Positions 1 to 9,452 of a stretch of 64,000 nucleotides of DNA are shown here, piece after piece. Position 1 is the first letter of the stretch. Each line of letters starts with the position of its first letter. The DNA is from Akkermansiaceae bacterium (GTDB taxonomy: Bacteria > Verrucomicrobiota > Verrucomicrobiia > Verrucomicrobiales > Akkermansiaceae), in NCBI GenBank assembly GCA_043716765.1, contig JAYSYA010000274.1, positions 3,082-67,081 of the forward strand, in the 5' to 3' direction. Made by a program: the position numbers and the translations under genes. The notes under the pieces are model-generated. The model did not search any database and was not told the DNA's origin. It was given only the letters and a program-made list of their open reading frames with translations.

Positions 1-1
1 G

Positions 2-180
2 CCCGCCACCAGCCCACTCCTGTCCCTTCTGGCTCTCGCCGCCTCTTGCTGCGCGTCTCTCCGAGCCGCCACTCCGAACATCATTCATCCTATGATGAGC
101 ACCTTCGCGCCCGGATGGTCGTGTGGACCGGGCTTGCGGACCGGAACCGGAAGGAAAGACCCCACGGATCGCGTCCGTAG
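2..180 (+). pseudogene. Possible internally deleted sulfatase-like remnant (signal peptide + PNII joined to a C-terminal helix)
   Basis: Frame from nt 2 reads ...LLSLLALAASCCASLRAATPNII, like a signal peptide plus the PNII start of secreted sulfatases. From nt 91 another frame reads YDEHLRARMVVW...* (TAG 178-180). Runs off the window edge. Confidence 0.25.
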
Positions 181-213
181 ATTCCCGGTTCAATCCAACC
201 CATCACCAAACAC

Positions 214-1641
214 ATGAAATTTATCCCCACAGGCTCGCGGTTCGCCGTATCGATGCCCCGCCGCGCGTTCGTCAAGAGCGCCCTCACCGCCGGAACCGCC
301 GCGATCCTGGCACCCCGCCTGGCCCTCGGCGCGAAGGCCGCCGCCGGCGAAAAAGTCAACCTCGCCTGCTGCGGCATCGGCAACCGTGGTGCGGAAATCA
401 TCAAGGAACTGCACCAAACCGGCCTCGCTAACATCGTCGCGCTGTGTGACACCGACATGGGTGCGCCGCACACGCAGGCCATCCTCAAGCTGTTTCCCGA
501 CGTCCCGCGTTTCCAGGATTTCCGCCAGATGTTCGACAAAATGGGCAAGGACATCGAAGCCGTTAGCGTGGGCACGCCGGACTTCTCACATTTCCCCATC
601 ACGATGCTCGCGATGTCGCAAGGCAAGCACGTGTATTGCGAGAAGCCGATGGGCCAGAGCTACCGGGAAATCCAGTTGATGATGGACGCCGAGACCAAAT
701 ACAAGGTCGTCGCGCAAATGGGCAACCAAGGCCACTCGGACGCCAACTATTTCCAGTTCAAGGCATGGGTGGACGCGGGCATCATTAAGGACGTCACCAA
801 AATCACCGCTTTCATGAACAACCCGCGGCGCTGGCACGGCATGAAGGTTTCGGACTTCCTGCCCAAGCAGCCCGTCCCCGACACCCTGGATTGGGACACC
901 TGGTTGGCGACGGCGCAGTTTCACGAATATAACAAGGGATACATTAACGGCGAGTGGCGCTCGTGGTATGACTTCGGCAACGGCGCTTTAGGCGACTGGG
1001 GCGCGCACATCTTCGACACCGCCCATCAGTTTCTCAATCTCGGCATGCCCACAGAGGTGGACCCGGTGATGCTGGAAGGCCACAGCCCGTTCATTTTCCC
1101 GCAGGCATCCACGCTCGCCTTCCGCTTCCCCGCGCGCGGCTCGATGCCGCCGCTGGAACTCACGTGGTATGACGGCACGAAAAACCTGCCGTCTCTGCCC
1201 GAAAACATCGGCGCGGCCGTCGTCGACAGCGACATCCCGCCGCCATCGACCGGCAAGGTGGAAACCAAGGCGCGGCCACCCGGCAAGGTCATCTACGGCG
1301 GAGATCTCACCTTCAAGGGCGGTTCCCACGGCAGCACCCTACAGATCCTCGGCCCCAAGGCCGCTGAAATGAAGTCCAGCCTGCCGGAAGTCCCGCGAAG
1401 CCCGTCCAATCACTTCAAGAATTTCCTGCTCGCCTGCAAGGGCCAGGAAACCTGCCGCTCATCGTTCGCGGTGGCCGGTCCGCTCTGCCAAGCAATGGCG
1501 CTGGGAGTCCTCGCCCAGCGGGTGAATGCCAAGCTGACCTTCGATCCCGTTTCCAAACAGATCACGAACCACAAGGTCGCCAACGAGCTGCTAGCCGGCG
1601 CTCCGCCGCGCAAGGAATGGGAGCAGTTCTTCAGCCTCTAA
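214..1641 (+). CDS. Gfo/Idh/MocA family oxidoreductase with Tat signal
   Basis: RRAFVK Tat motif; VNLACCGIGNRG Rossmann start; VGTPDFSHF; YCEKPM; LGDWGAHIFD. Confidence 0.9.
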   Translation: MKFIPTGSRFAVSMPRRAFVKSALTAGTAAILAPRLALGAKAAAGEKVNLACCGIGNRGAEIIKELHQTGLANIVALCDTDMGAPHTQAILKLFPDVPRFQDFRQMFDKMGKDIEAVSVGTPDFSHFPITMLAMSQGKHVYCEKPMGQSYREIQLMMDAETKYKVVAQMGNQGHSDANYFQFKAWVDAGIIKDVTKITAFMNNPRRWHGMKVSDFLPKQPVPDTLDWDTWLATAQFHEYNKGYINGEWRSWYDFGNGALGDWGAHIFDTAHQFLNLGMPTEVDPVMLEGHSPFIFPQASTLAFRFPARGSMPPLELTWYDGTKNLPSLPENIGAAVVDSDIPPPSTGKVETKARPPGKVIYGGDLTFKGGSHGSTLQILGPKAAEMKSSLPEVPRSPSNHFKNFLLACKGQETCRSSFAVAGPLCQAMALGVLAQRVNAKLTFDPVSKQITNHKVANELLAGAPPRKEWEQFFSL

Positions 1642-1717
1642 TCCGCGCCCCGAGCCTGAGACAATTTCCCGGTAGTTGGCTCTTTCCGCAATGCGGGACA
1701 GCCTGTTAACTCCGCGC

Positions 1718-2398
1718 ATGGCAGCCACTCCCCTCACCCGCACCTGTTCCGCGATCCTCGTGGCGGCGGGAGTGAGCCGACGGATGGGCTTCGACAAGCT
1801 CGCCTCGCCGCTGGCCGGAGTGCCGGTCTTGCGGCGGACGCTTGACGCGTTTCTAGCAGCGGAGTCCATCGCGGAGGTGGTGGTCGTTTGTCCCGCGGAA
1901 CGCTGGGAACTGCTAGACGGTGGTGAATTCTCCAAACCGGTCAGGCGGGTGGACGGCGGCGCGGACCGGCAGGATTCCGTGGTGGCCGGGCTTGCCGCCC
2001 TATCAGATGAAACGGACCTCGTCGCAGTGCATGACGCCGCGCGCCCCTTGGTTTCACCCGCGGACATCGATCGCTGTGTGGCGGCGGCACTTGAATTCCG
2101 CGCGGCCGCCCTCGCACGCCTCGTGACCGAGACCTTGAAGCGCTCCGACGCGGCGGACTTCAGCGCGGGCGCGGTTTCGCGGGAAAATCTCTGGTTCATG
2201 GAAACCCCGCAGGTTTTTGAAATCCCGCTGCTGTTGGAAGCCTACGAGGCGGTGGCGGCGCAAGGCCTGGCGGTGACCGATGAAGTCTCGGCCATGGAAG
2301 CAATCGGCGTTCAGGTCAAATTCATCGAGTCGATCCAGCCGAATTTGAAAATCACCACGCCCGCGGATCTCGCGCTGGCAGAAGCACTTTTACGATGA
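1718..2398 (+). CDS. ispD: 2-C-methyl-D-erythritol 4-phosphate cytidylyltransferase
   Basis: AAGVSRRMGFDK, RQDSV, VHDAARP, ETPQVF, NLKITTPADL motifs. ATG at 1718 chosen over the upstream GTG. Confidence 0.92.
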   Translation: MAATPLTRTCSAILVAAGVSRRMGFDKLASPLAGVPVLRRTLDAFLAAESIAEVVVVCPAERWELLDGGEFSKPVRRVDGGADRQDSVVAGLAALSDETDLVAVHDAARPLVSPADIDRCVAAALEFRAAALARLVTETLKRSDAADFSAGAVSRENLWFMETPQVFEIPLLLEAYEAVAAQGLAVTDEVSAMEAIGVQVKFIESIQPNLKITTPADLALAEALLR

Positions 2399-3639
2399 GC
2401 AAGGCAATCTACGAATGGCAGCAAATCCCCGGCGGCCCGCGTCTAGCAGTCGCGACGGTGACAGACTCCGAGTGCGCGGCGCTCTCGATTTACATCCCCG
2501 CAGGCAGCCGCGATGAATGGAATTTACCGGCCGGTCTCGCGCACTTCGTCGAGCACATGGTTTTCAAGGGCACCGCCCGCCGCAGCGCGCGCGAGCTGAG
2601 TTTTGAAATTGAAAACGCCGGCGGACAACTCAACGCCTGCACCTCCGAAGACCAAACGGTTTACGAAGGCCACGGTGAGGCGGACCTGATGCCGCTATTG
2701 GCCGACGTTCTCTCCGACATGGTCTGGCACGCGACGTTTCCCGAGCCGGAAATCGGCTTGGAGCGCGAGGTCATCAGCGAGGAAATCACGATGTATCGCG
2801 AAGCGCCGGCGGATCACATCGGCGATCTCATTTCGAGCGCCTTGTGGGGCGGCCACCCGCTGGGCAACGCGATTTCCGGCTCGCTGGAATCAATCGCGAT
2901 GATCGACCGGGAAATTCTAATGGATTTCCGCAACCGCCACCATTTCCGCAACGACGTGGTCATCGCCGCAGCCGGCCCGTTTACTCTGGACGAGGTGCTG
3001 GCGATGGTTTCACCGCACTTGCCGAAGGAATTCCACGCGCCGCACAAAGCGGTTCCGTTCGACCGGACAAAGGTGGTCCCGCAGACGATCGCGGAGGCGC
3101 GGGAAACCGACCAGCTCCAGCTCGCCCTCGCCTGGCACACGCCCGGGCGGCTCTCGGAATCCCGCCACGCACTGCGAATGCTGAGTATGATGTTAGGAGA
3201 AACCGCGAGCTCGCGACTGTTTCTCGAACTGCGCGAGGAACGCGGGCTCTGCTACCAGATCAGCAGCGACGTGACGTTCTTCGACGAGACCGGAGCCTTC
3301 GAAATCAGCGCCGGACTCGACCCGGAATCGCGTGAGGAAGCACTCGCCTGCATCCGCCGCGAAATCGACGACCTCGTCGCTAACGGCCCGCGCCCCGGCG
3401 AGCTAGACCGCGCGAAGCGCCTCACCATCGCCCTGAGCAAGCTCGCCTTCGAGACGACCAGTTCCCACGCCGGCTGGGCGGGCGAAGGCCTGCTCGACTT
3501 CGGCCACATCCCCGCGCCCCTGGACTGGCGGGCCAAGGTCATGGCGGTGACGGACGCGGACGTGCAAGCCATCGCCTGCGAAGTTTTTCTCGGCCGCGAA
3601 CCGGCAATGGCCGAGATCGGCGGACTGGAATCCGATTGA
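2395..3639 (+). CDS. M16 family zinc peptidase (pitrilysin-like)
   Basis: Inverted zinc motif HFVEH, GGQLNACT, SSRLFLELREERGLCY. Overlaps the ispD stop (ATGA). Confidence 0.9.
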   Translation: MSKAIYEWQQIPGGPRLAVATVTDSECAALSIYIPAGSRDEWNLPAGLAHFVEHMVFKGTARRSARELSFEIENAGGQLNACTSEDQTVYEGHGEADLMPLLADVLSDMVWHATFPEPEIGLEREVISEEITMYREAPADHIGDLISSALWGGHPLGNAISGSLESIAMIDREILMDFRNRHHFRNDVVIAAAGPFTLDEVLAMVSPHLPKEFHAPHKAVPFDRTKVVPQTIAEARETDQLQLALAWHTPGRLSESRHALRMLSMMLGETASSRLFLELREERGLCYQISSDVTFFDETGAFEISAGLDPESREEALACIRREIDDLVANGPRPGELDRAKRLTIALSKLAFETTSSHAGWAGEGLLDFGHIPAPLDWRAKVMAVTDADVQAIACEVFLGREPAMAEIGGLESD

Positions 3640-3649
3640 TAGAAAAATC

Positions 3650-4336
3650 ATGCCGCATCCCTTCCACCCGTTCACGCAAGAACACTTCGTCGCGCTCGGC
3701 ATCGGCGTGGCCGCGACGGCGGCGTTTCTTATCGCCGGCAAGCGCGGGGGCAACGGCCGTTACCTGGCGACCGCGCTGCTGGCCTTCCTTAACTTGAGCG
3801 CCTATCCGCTCGGCCAGGCAGCGTGGCTTTCATTAGACGCGCCGAAATCGATCGACAACATTCTGCCGCTGCACCTCTGCGACATCGCCGCGATCACGGC
3901 CGGCTTCGCCTTGATCACCAAGCGCCCGCTGCTCTGCGCGCTGACGTATTTCTGGGGGCTTGCAGCGACCTTGCAGGCACTTATCACGCCGGCCATCACC
4001 GTGGGATTCCCGCATCCGCCCTTCGTAATGTTTTTCATCCACCACTTCGCGGTGGTGACCGCCGCGCTCTATCTGCCACTGGTGGAAGGCTGGCGGCCGG
4101 CGCAACCGGTTTGGAAAAGCCCACTTGTCATCTCCGCCTGGTCGCTCGGCTACCTCGGCATGGCCATGGCCGTAAACAGCGTGTTAGGCAGCAATTTCGG
4201 CTTCGCTTGCCGCCCACCGGACAACCCCAGCCTGATCGACCATCTCGGCCCGTGGCCTTGGTATCTGTGCTCGATAATCGGGATCGCGCTGCTGTTCTAT
4301 TTCCTGCTGGCGCTGCCGTTCGCAAAACGGAAGTGA
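3650..4336 (+). CDS. Integral membrane protein, YwaF/TIGR02206-like
   Basis: Multiple TM segments; LPLHLCD, FFIHH, LGPWPWY motifs. Confidence 0.8.
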   Translation: MPHPFHPFTQEHFVALGIGVAATAAFLIAGKRGGNGRYLATALLAFLNLSAYPLGQAAWLSLDAPKSIDNILPLHLCDIAAITAGFALITKRPLLCALTYFWGLAATLQALITPAITVGFPHPPFVMFFIHHFAVVTAALYLPLVEGWRPAQPVWKSPLVISAWSLGYLGMAMAVNSVLGSNFGFACRPPDNPSLIDHLGPWPWYLCSIIGIALLFYFLLALPFAKRK

Positions 4337-4343
4337 GGTTCTG

Positions 4344-5690
4344 TCAGACGGGCCGGTCGTGCATTGAATTACGCCAGAAATCCAAACGCTCCCGGATGCG
4401 TTTCTCCATGCCCTGGTCGCCGGGCTGATAGTAAATTTTCCCCTCCGGCAAATAAGCCTGCGGAATGTAGGCACCCTCGTAATCGTGGGCGTAAAGATAC
4501 CGCATCGACTCCTCGGGCTCGCCGGACGCCGCAGCGATTTTCTTGCGGGTGTTCGTCCGTAAATGCACCGGCACGGCGAGCGTGCGGCCGTTTTCCACGT
4601 CATCCATCGCCCGGCCCAGCGCGGCGTAAGCGGTGTTGGATTTCGGCGCGGTCGCCAGATAGACCGTGGCCTGCGCCAGCGGAATCCGGCCCTCCGGCAT
4701 GCCGATGAATTCGAACGCCGCGTGCGCGTCCATCGCCACCCGCAGGGCGTTGGAATCCGCCAAACCGATGTCCTCCGAGGCGGAAATCACTAACCGCCGC
4801 AAGATGAAGCGCGGATCCTCGCCGGCGTGCAGCATTTTCGCCAGCCAGTAGAGCGCGGCATCCGGATCGGAACCGCGGATCGACTTGATGAAGGCGGAAA
4901 TCGTGTCGTGGTGCGCGTCGCCGTGGGCATCGTAAACCACCGCCTTGCGCTGGATGGATTCCTCCGCCACCGCCAAGGTCAGGTGGACCGAGCCATCGTC
5001 ATCGGGAGTGGTCAAAACCGCCAGCTCCAGCGCGCTCAACGCCTTTCTAACGTCACCATCGGATTTCTCTGACAAGTGCCGCAACGCGGCGGGATCGGCG
5101 ACCACTTGATATCCGCCTAGGCCGCGCTCCACGTCGGATAGAGCCCGCTCAAGGACACCGACCACGTCAGCCACCGGCACCGGCTCGAGCTGGAAAATTT
5201 GCGACCGCGAGACCAACGGCGAGTTCACGTGGAAATACGGATTGTGCGTCGTCGCGCCGATGAATCTAACGATTCCGCGCTCGATGTGCGGCAGCAGCAC
5301 GTCCTGCTGGGCTTTGTTGAAACGGTGGATCTCGTCGATGAAAAGGATGGTGGTCTCGCCACGCAAGTCGCGCCAGGTCCGCGCTTGGTCGATCTTCGCC
5401 CGGATCTCCGCGACGTTAGATTCCACGCCGTTGAGCGATTCAAAACGCGAGCCGGTCGTCCGCGCGATCACGCTGGCAAGCGTGGTTTTACCGGTCCCGG
5501 GCGGCCCGTAGAAAATCAGCGAGGTAAAGCGGTCCGACTCGATCGCCCGCCGCAGCAATTTCCCGGGAGCGAGAATATGTTGCTGCCCGGCCACCTCTTC
5601 CAGCGAGCGCGGCCGCATCCGCGCTGCCAGCGGCTCGGCGGGATTCGGCTTGTCAGTTAGGGCGGCGGGAGTGGTGAAAAGGTCGGACAC
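4344..5690 (-). CDS. rarA: Replication-associated recombination protein A (AAA+ ATPase)
   Basis: PLAARMRPRSL, GPPGTGKT, FIDEIHRFNKAQQD, SAFIKSIRGSDPDA, YAHDY. Start probably GTG at 5690 (VSDLF). Confidence 0.93.
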   Translation of the reverse strand: MSDLFTTPAALTDKPNPAEPLAARMRPRSLEEVAGQQHILAPGKLLRRAIESDRFTSLIFYGPPGTGKTTLASVIARTTGSRFESLNGVESNVAEIRAKIDQARTWRDLRGETTILFIDEIHRFNKAQQDVLLPHIERGIVRFIGATTHNPYFHVNSPLVSRSQIFQLEPVPVADVVGVLERALSDVERGLGGYQVVADPAALRHLSEKSDGDVRKALSALELAVLTTPDDDGSVHLTLAVAEESIQRKAVVYDAHGDAHHDTISAFIKSIRGSDPDAALYWLAKMLHAGEDPRFILRRLVISASEDIGLADSNALRVAMDAHAAFEFIGMPEGRIPLAQATVYLATAPKSNTAYAALGRAMDDVENGRTLAVPVHLRTNTRKKIAAASGEPEESMRYLYAHDYEGAYIPQAYLPEGKIYYQPGDQGMEKRIRERLDFWRNSMHDRPV

Positions 5691-5996
5691 AGCGGATTTC
5701 CCGCACCATCGCCGCAGCACGCCCGCCATTCCAGTCGATATTCCTTGCTGCAATTGCGAGATTTCCAACTTTCCTTAATCTTAAACCCCGATTGCGCCGC
5801 TTATGGCCGATTTTGAGACCAGTTGGCCGATTTAGGGACAATTTAATGCTTTCGTTATCCTGAATTTCAGGCAATTTGAATGCGTTCAGAGGCGCTTCGG
5901 TGCCAAAGAGCTCTCAGCCGAGAAGCCGAGTCCACACAAGTTCGTTTTTGATTTCCGGGGGGACGTCAACCGAGCAGGGCAACGCCGAGTGGCTCT

Positions 5997-6048
5997 GAAA
6001 AAAAGCGCGCGTTGCGAAATCCGGGGGGATATCCAACGCGCGCTTTTC
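5997..6048 (-). terminator. Intrinsic terminator downstream of the S41 peptidase gene
   Basis: Perfect 14-bp inverted repeat AAAAGCGCGCGTTG (6001-6014) / CAACGCGCGCTTTT (6034-6047), with a T-run after the stem on the minus strand, 20 nt past the stop. Confidence 0.7.
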
Positions 6049-6067
6049 TGTTATCCCGTGGCGTCGG

Positions 6068-7294
6068 TCACCGTCCGCCGGCGTGAACCGCAGCCAACGC
6101 CCGGATCGCCGCGACCATCACGGGATCTTCCCAAGCCGCGATTTTCTCCCGTTCGGCGGGTGCGAGCGCGTCGCTCTGGCAGCGCTTGACGAAATTCGCG
6201 CGGCCCGGGTCGTCGATGACCACCGTGACATCAGGCGTGATCCCCAGGCGGTGCGGCGTGTTTCCCGATGGCGTGTGATAAGTGGCGATGGTGAGCCGCA
6301 ACGCCGTGCCGCCGCCCATCGGAATGATGTTCTGCACCGAACCCTTGCCGTAGCTGACCTCGCCGACGACGGTGGCGCGCTTTAAATCCTGAAGTGCGCC
6401 GGCGGTCAGTTCCGAGGCGGAGGCGGACATCCGGTTGAGGAGGACGACCACTGGATAGTCGCGTTTCCGGCGTTGGCGGTCCGGGGTTTTCAGCGGTTCC
6501 GCCGCCTCACCTTCCCGGCCGCGGGTGGTGACCACGGCGGTGTTAGGCGGCAGAAAAAGCCCGAGAATCTTCACGGTTTCGTTCAAATCACCGCCGCCGT
6601 TATCGCGGAGATCGAAGACCAGCGATTTCATGCCGCTGTCTTCGAGCTCGTCGAGGGCAGCTTCCATTTCACGGGCGCAGCCACTGCCGAAAGTCGCCAG
6701 GCGGACGTAGCCGAGCCCGCTTTCCGGGTGCCAGATTTTCGACTCGGCGACCGAGCGCTGTTCCACCACGCGATGAACGAGCGCCACCTCGAACGGTTGC
6801 GGCGCGGCCGGCGACTTGAGCAACAGCCGGCTGGTCTCGCCCGCGGCGCGGCGCAGCGGTCCGAGCAACTCGGAGAAATCCGCGCCCTGGGTTTTCCGCC
6901 CGTCGATTTCCAACAGCCGCGAGCCGGGTAAAACGCCGGCAAGCGCCGCCGCGCCCAACGGGAAAACCGCAGCGATGTAGGGTCCGTCATCGCGCAATCC
7001 CAAGCTGATCCCGAGCGACGGCACCTCCGGATTGAGAGCTTGGTTTTCCTGCATTTGCCGGGCCATCTCCGGGTGGATGAACGACGAATGCGGATCGAGG
7101 CTGGCAAGCAGCCCTTCGAGCGCATGGTTGACGAGCCGGTCGTAAGCCAGACGGTCCGCATCCGGGTGGCGCTTGCGGACCGCCTCCAATACTTCGACGA
7201 AACGCTCGATCGCCGGGTAAGCCGCTTCGTCGGGATCAGGCGGCGCGGCGAAAGCGACCGAACTGATCCCGCAAAGCAAACAAACGAGTTTCAT
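6068..7294 (-). CDS. S41 family carboxyl-terminal processing protease (PDZ + peptidase)
   Basis: Signal peptide MKLVCLL; LDPHS; PDZ; DLRDNGGG; SASASE; GKGSVQ; YHTPSG. Start set at ATG 7294. Confidence 0.9.
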   Translation of the reverse strand: MKLVCLLCGISSVAFAAPPDPDEAAYPAIERFVEVLEAVRKRHPDADRLAYDRLVNHALEGLLASLDPHSSFIHPEMARQMQENQALNPEVPSLGISLGLRDDGPYIAAVFPLGAAALAGVLPGSRLLEIDGRKTQGADFSELLGPLRRAAGETSRLLLKSPAAPQPFEVALVHRVVEQRSVAESKIWHPESGLGYVRLATFGSGCAREMEAALDELEDSGMKSLVFDLRDNGGGDLNETVKILGLFLPPNTAVVTTRGREGEAAEPLKTPDRQRRKRDYPVVVLLNRMSASASELTAGALQDLKRATVVGEVSYGKGSVQNIIPMGGGTALRLTIATYHTPSGNTPHRLGITPDVTVVIDDPGRANFVKRCQSDALAPAEREKIAAWEDPVMVAAIRALAAVHAGGR

Positions 7295-7630
7295 CGCCGC
7301 AGAGGTAACATTTGCGGCTGCGGGCGATAGAGAAAAATGATCGGCCGCCCCCACGGATTTTTAAAATAATTTCGGTTGCGGGGAGGCGGGCGCGGGGTAG
7401 TCTCCCAACGACTGCTGTGTACGACTATTTTGGTAGCTGGCCCGAACCGATATGATTGAACCGGGGTCATCTTCCGATGGACGATGTCACGCCTTTTCAG
7501 GAAGACGGAAACCCATTGGACGACCCCACTTATTGAGTTTACGGAACGTGGCTCACAGCGCCAAGGACGGCACAGCGGTTTTCTTTTTTCATGGCTTGAT
7601 TTTACTCGGCTCTGCATGGTCTCGCGCGTG

Positions 7631-8407
7631 ATGCGATTTGCAGTGCTGGGCAGCGGGAGCGGAGGAAATGCGGCGGTCGTCGAGTGCGGCGGGCTGCGGC
7701 TGATGATCGATGCGGGATTGAGCGCGAAGCAGCTGTCGCTGCGACTCCAACAGGTAGGGATCGACCCCGCGTCGCTGGACGGGATTTTACTGACCCACGA
7801 GCACGGCGACCACGTCCGCGGGCTGAAGGTTTTTCTCAAACAGAACCCGGTGCCAGTGTTCACCACGCCGGCCACGGCGAGAGTGGTTCGGGAGGGCGGG
7901 ATCGAAGGCGGGACGTGGAAATTTTTCGAAGCGGGCCAAGTGTTCGCCATCGGCGGCATCGCGGTGGAGACCTTCGCGATTCAGCATGACGCGGTGGATC
8001 CGGTGGGTTTTGTGATCGGGCATGACACGCGGCGGCTGGGATTTCTATCCGACGCGGGATTCGTCACCCGCAGCATGACCGAACGCCTGCGCGGGCTGGA
8101 CGGGCTTTTCGTGGAGGCCAACTACGACGAAGGCCTGCTAGAAGCAGATATCAAGCGCCCGTGGTCGATCAAACAGCGGATCAGTTCGCGGCACGGCCAT
8201 TTGTCGAACGGCCAAGTCACCGAGTTGATCCGCGACATCGCCCACCCGGCGCTCGGGCGGGTGGTGCTCGGCCATTTGAGCTCGGACTGCAACACGCCGG
8301 ACACCATTCTATCAATGCTCCGGAGTTGTTTGGCGGATCTCGGTCACGGCCACATCGGCTTGCACTGCGCAGGCCAGCATGAGCCGACGGATTGGTTCGG
8401 ATTTTAA
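7631..8407 (+). CDS. MBL-fold metallo-hydrolase, YycJ/WalJ-like
   Basis: LGSGSGGNA, THEHGDH, HDAVDP, EANYD, GHLSN, LGHLS motifs. Confidence 0.88.
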   Translation: MRFAVLGSGSGGNAAVVECGGLRLMIDAGLSAKQLSLRLQQVGIDPASLDGILLTHEHGDHVRGLKVFLKQNPVPVFTTPATARVVREGGIEGGTWKFFEAGQVFAIGGIAVETFAIQHDAVDPVGFVIGHDTRRLGFLSDAGFVTRSMTERLRGLDGLFVEANYDEGLLEADIKRPWSIKQRISSRHGHLSNGQVTELIRDIAHPALGRVVLGHLSSDCNTPDTILSMLRSCLADLGHGHIGLHCAGQHEPTDWFGF

Positions 8408-9390
8408 AAGGGGCACTGGCGATCGCCACCGACTTGAACCGTGAGCGACCTCACCGCGAGGGCGGCGTTAGAAGACGCGTTGATCCGGTTTTGATCGAAC
8501 ATGGTTCCCGGCGGCAGTTTGCCAGAACAGAAAGCGGAACCTAACGGCACGCCTCCCTCGTGCAAAGTCACCTCGCCGGATTTGCGGTCGTAACGGAGCG
8601 TCACCGTCCGCGGACCCACCACGAGATTGCCAGGGAGGATGATCGGAACTCTCTGCTTCACATCCAGCGACCACGTGCGCTCGGGACCATAGGAGTCACC
8701 GAAGAAAATCACCTCGGTGCCTTTGTTGAAGAAGCTCACCCCGGCCCAGCCGTCGGTGTGGAACTCACCGTTCGAAGGTCGCCCGGCTTCAAGAGTCACC
8801 AGCACAACCGGCCGCAATCCATCAGGCAGGGTTGTGGGAAGGGCGAGAAAAACCGAGTAATTCATCCCGTCGATGCGATCACCCGAGATCGAGGGATTTC
8901 CATAATCCGCCCGCCATTCCGCTTTGATGAACGGCCCCGCGACAATCGGTTCGAAATGACCCAAGCCCTTGGAGAAACGACTCCCGTCGGCGGTGAAGGG
9001 CTCGATGCCGTCGGCACCCGAAACACGTCCCGCCTCGCCTGCGGATAGCCAAACCGCATCCGCAGAGCAACTAACCGCCGCAATTAATGGCGCGGGCTTC
9101 GCTCCGCGCCGGTAGAACAAGACGGCCAGCAAAGCCACCGCGGCAGCGGCGGCGGCGGCGAACCAAACGACTGCCGCAGGCAAGTTCCGCCTTGAGACGG
9201 GCACCGGTTTGCCGGTGATTAGACGGCCTTCGAATTCCTCGCACAGCGAGTGGTGCAGCAGCGCGTATTCGCCATAGGATTTCTCCAGTTCCGGCTCTAG
9301 CCGAAGCCGCTGTTGGAAGCCCGCAAAGGCTTCCTGTGAGATCGATCCGTCCAAAACCCGTTAGATGTGTTGGTGGTCGCTGCGTTTCAT
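8404..9390 (-). pseudogene. FecR-type anti-sigma factor pseudogene (in-frame TAA at codon 10, FecR core apparently deleted)
   Basis: ATG 9390 reads MKRSDHQHI*RVLDGSISQEAF, in frame with ORF 9354-8404. Cytoplasmic N-terminus and TM helix, then SADAVW joined directly to LSAGEAGRVS. The ATG overlaps the TGA of an upstream sigma fragment. Confidence 0.7.
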
Positions 9391-9452
9391 CCGGCGTTGT
9401 TGGAAATCGCTTGAAGCTGGCGCTCGATGCAGCGCTTCAGCGCTGCTCGTAG
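9387..9452 (-). pseudogene. 3' end of an ECF sigma factor gene
   Basis: Reads LRAALKRCIERQLQAISNNAG*, a typical ECF region-4 terminus, with ATGA coupling to the anti-sigma gene. The rest of the gene is replaced by helicase sequence. Confidence 0.6.

Noticed and set aside
135-165. CCGGAAGGAA resembling the SRP RNA core
   Set aside because: It lacks the flanking GCAG/CAGG conserved pairs and the long enclosing stem.
7420-7475. Minus-strand GGTTCAAT...GCTACCA resembling a tRNA/tmRNA 3' end in the 7295-7630 intergenic region
   Set aside because: No T-arm or acceptor stem could be folded. An ncRNA cannot be excluded without an Infernal/Rfam search.
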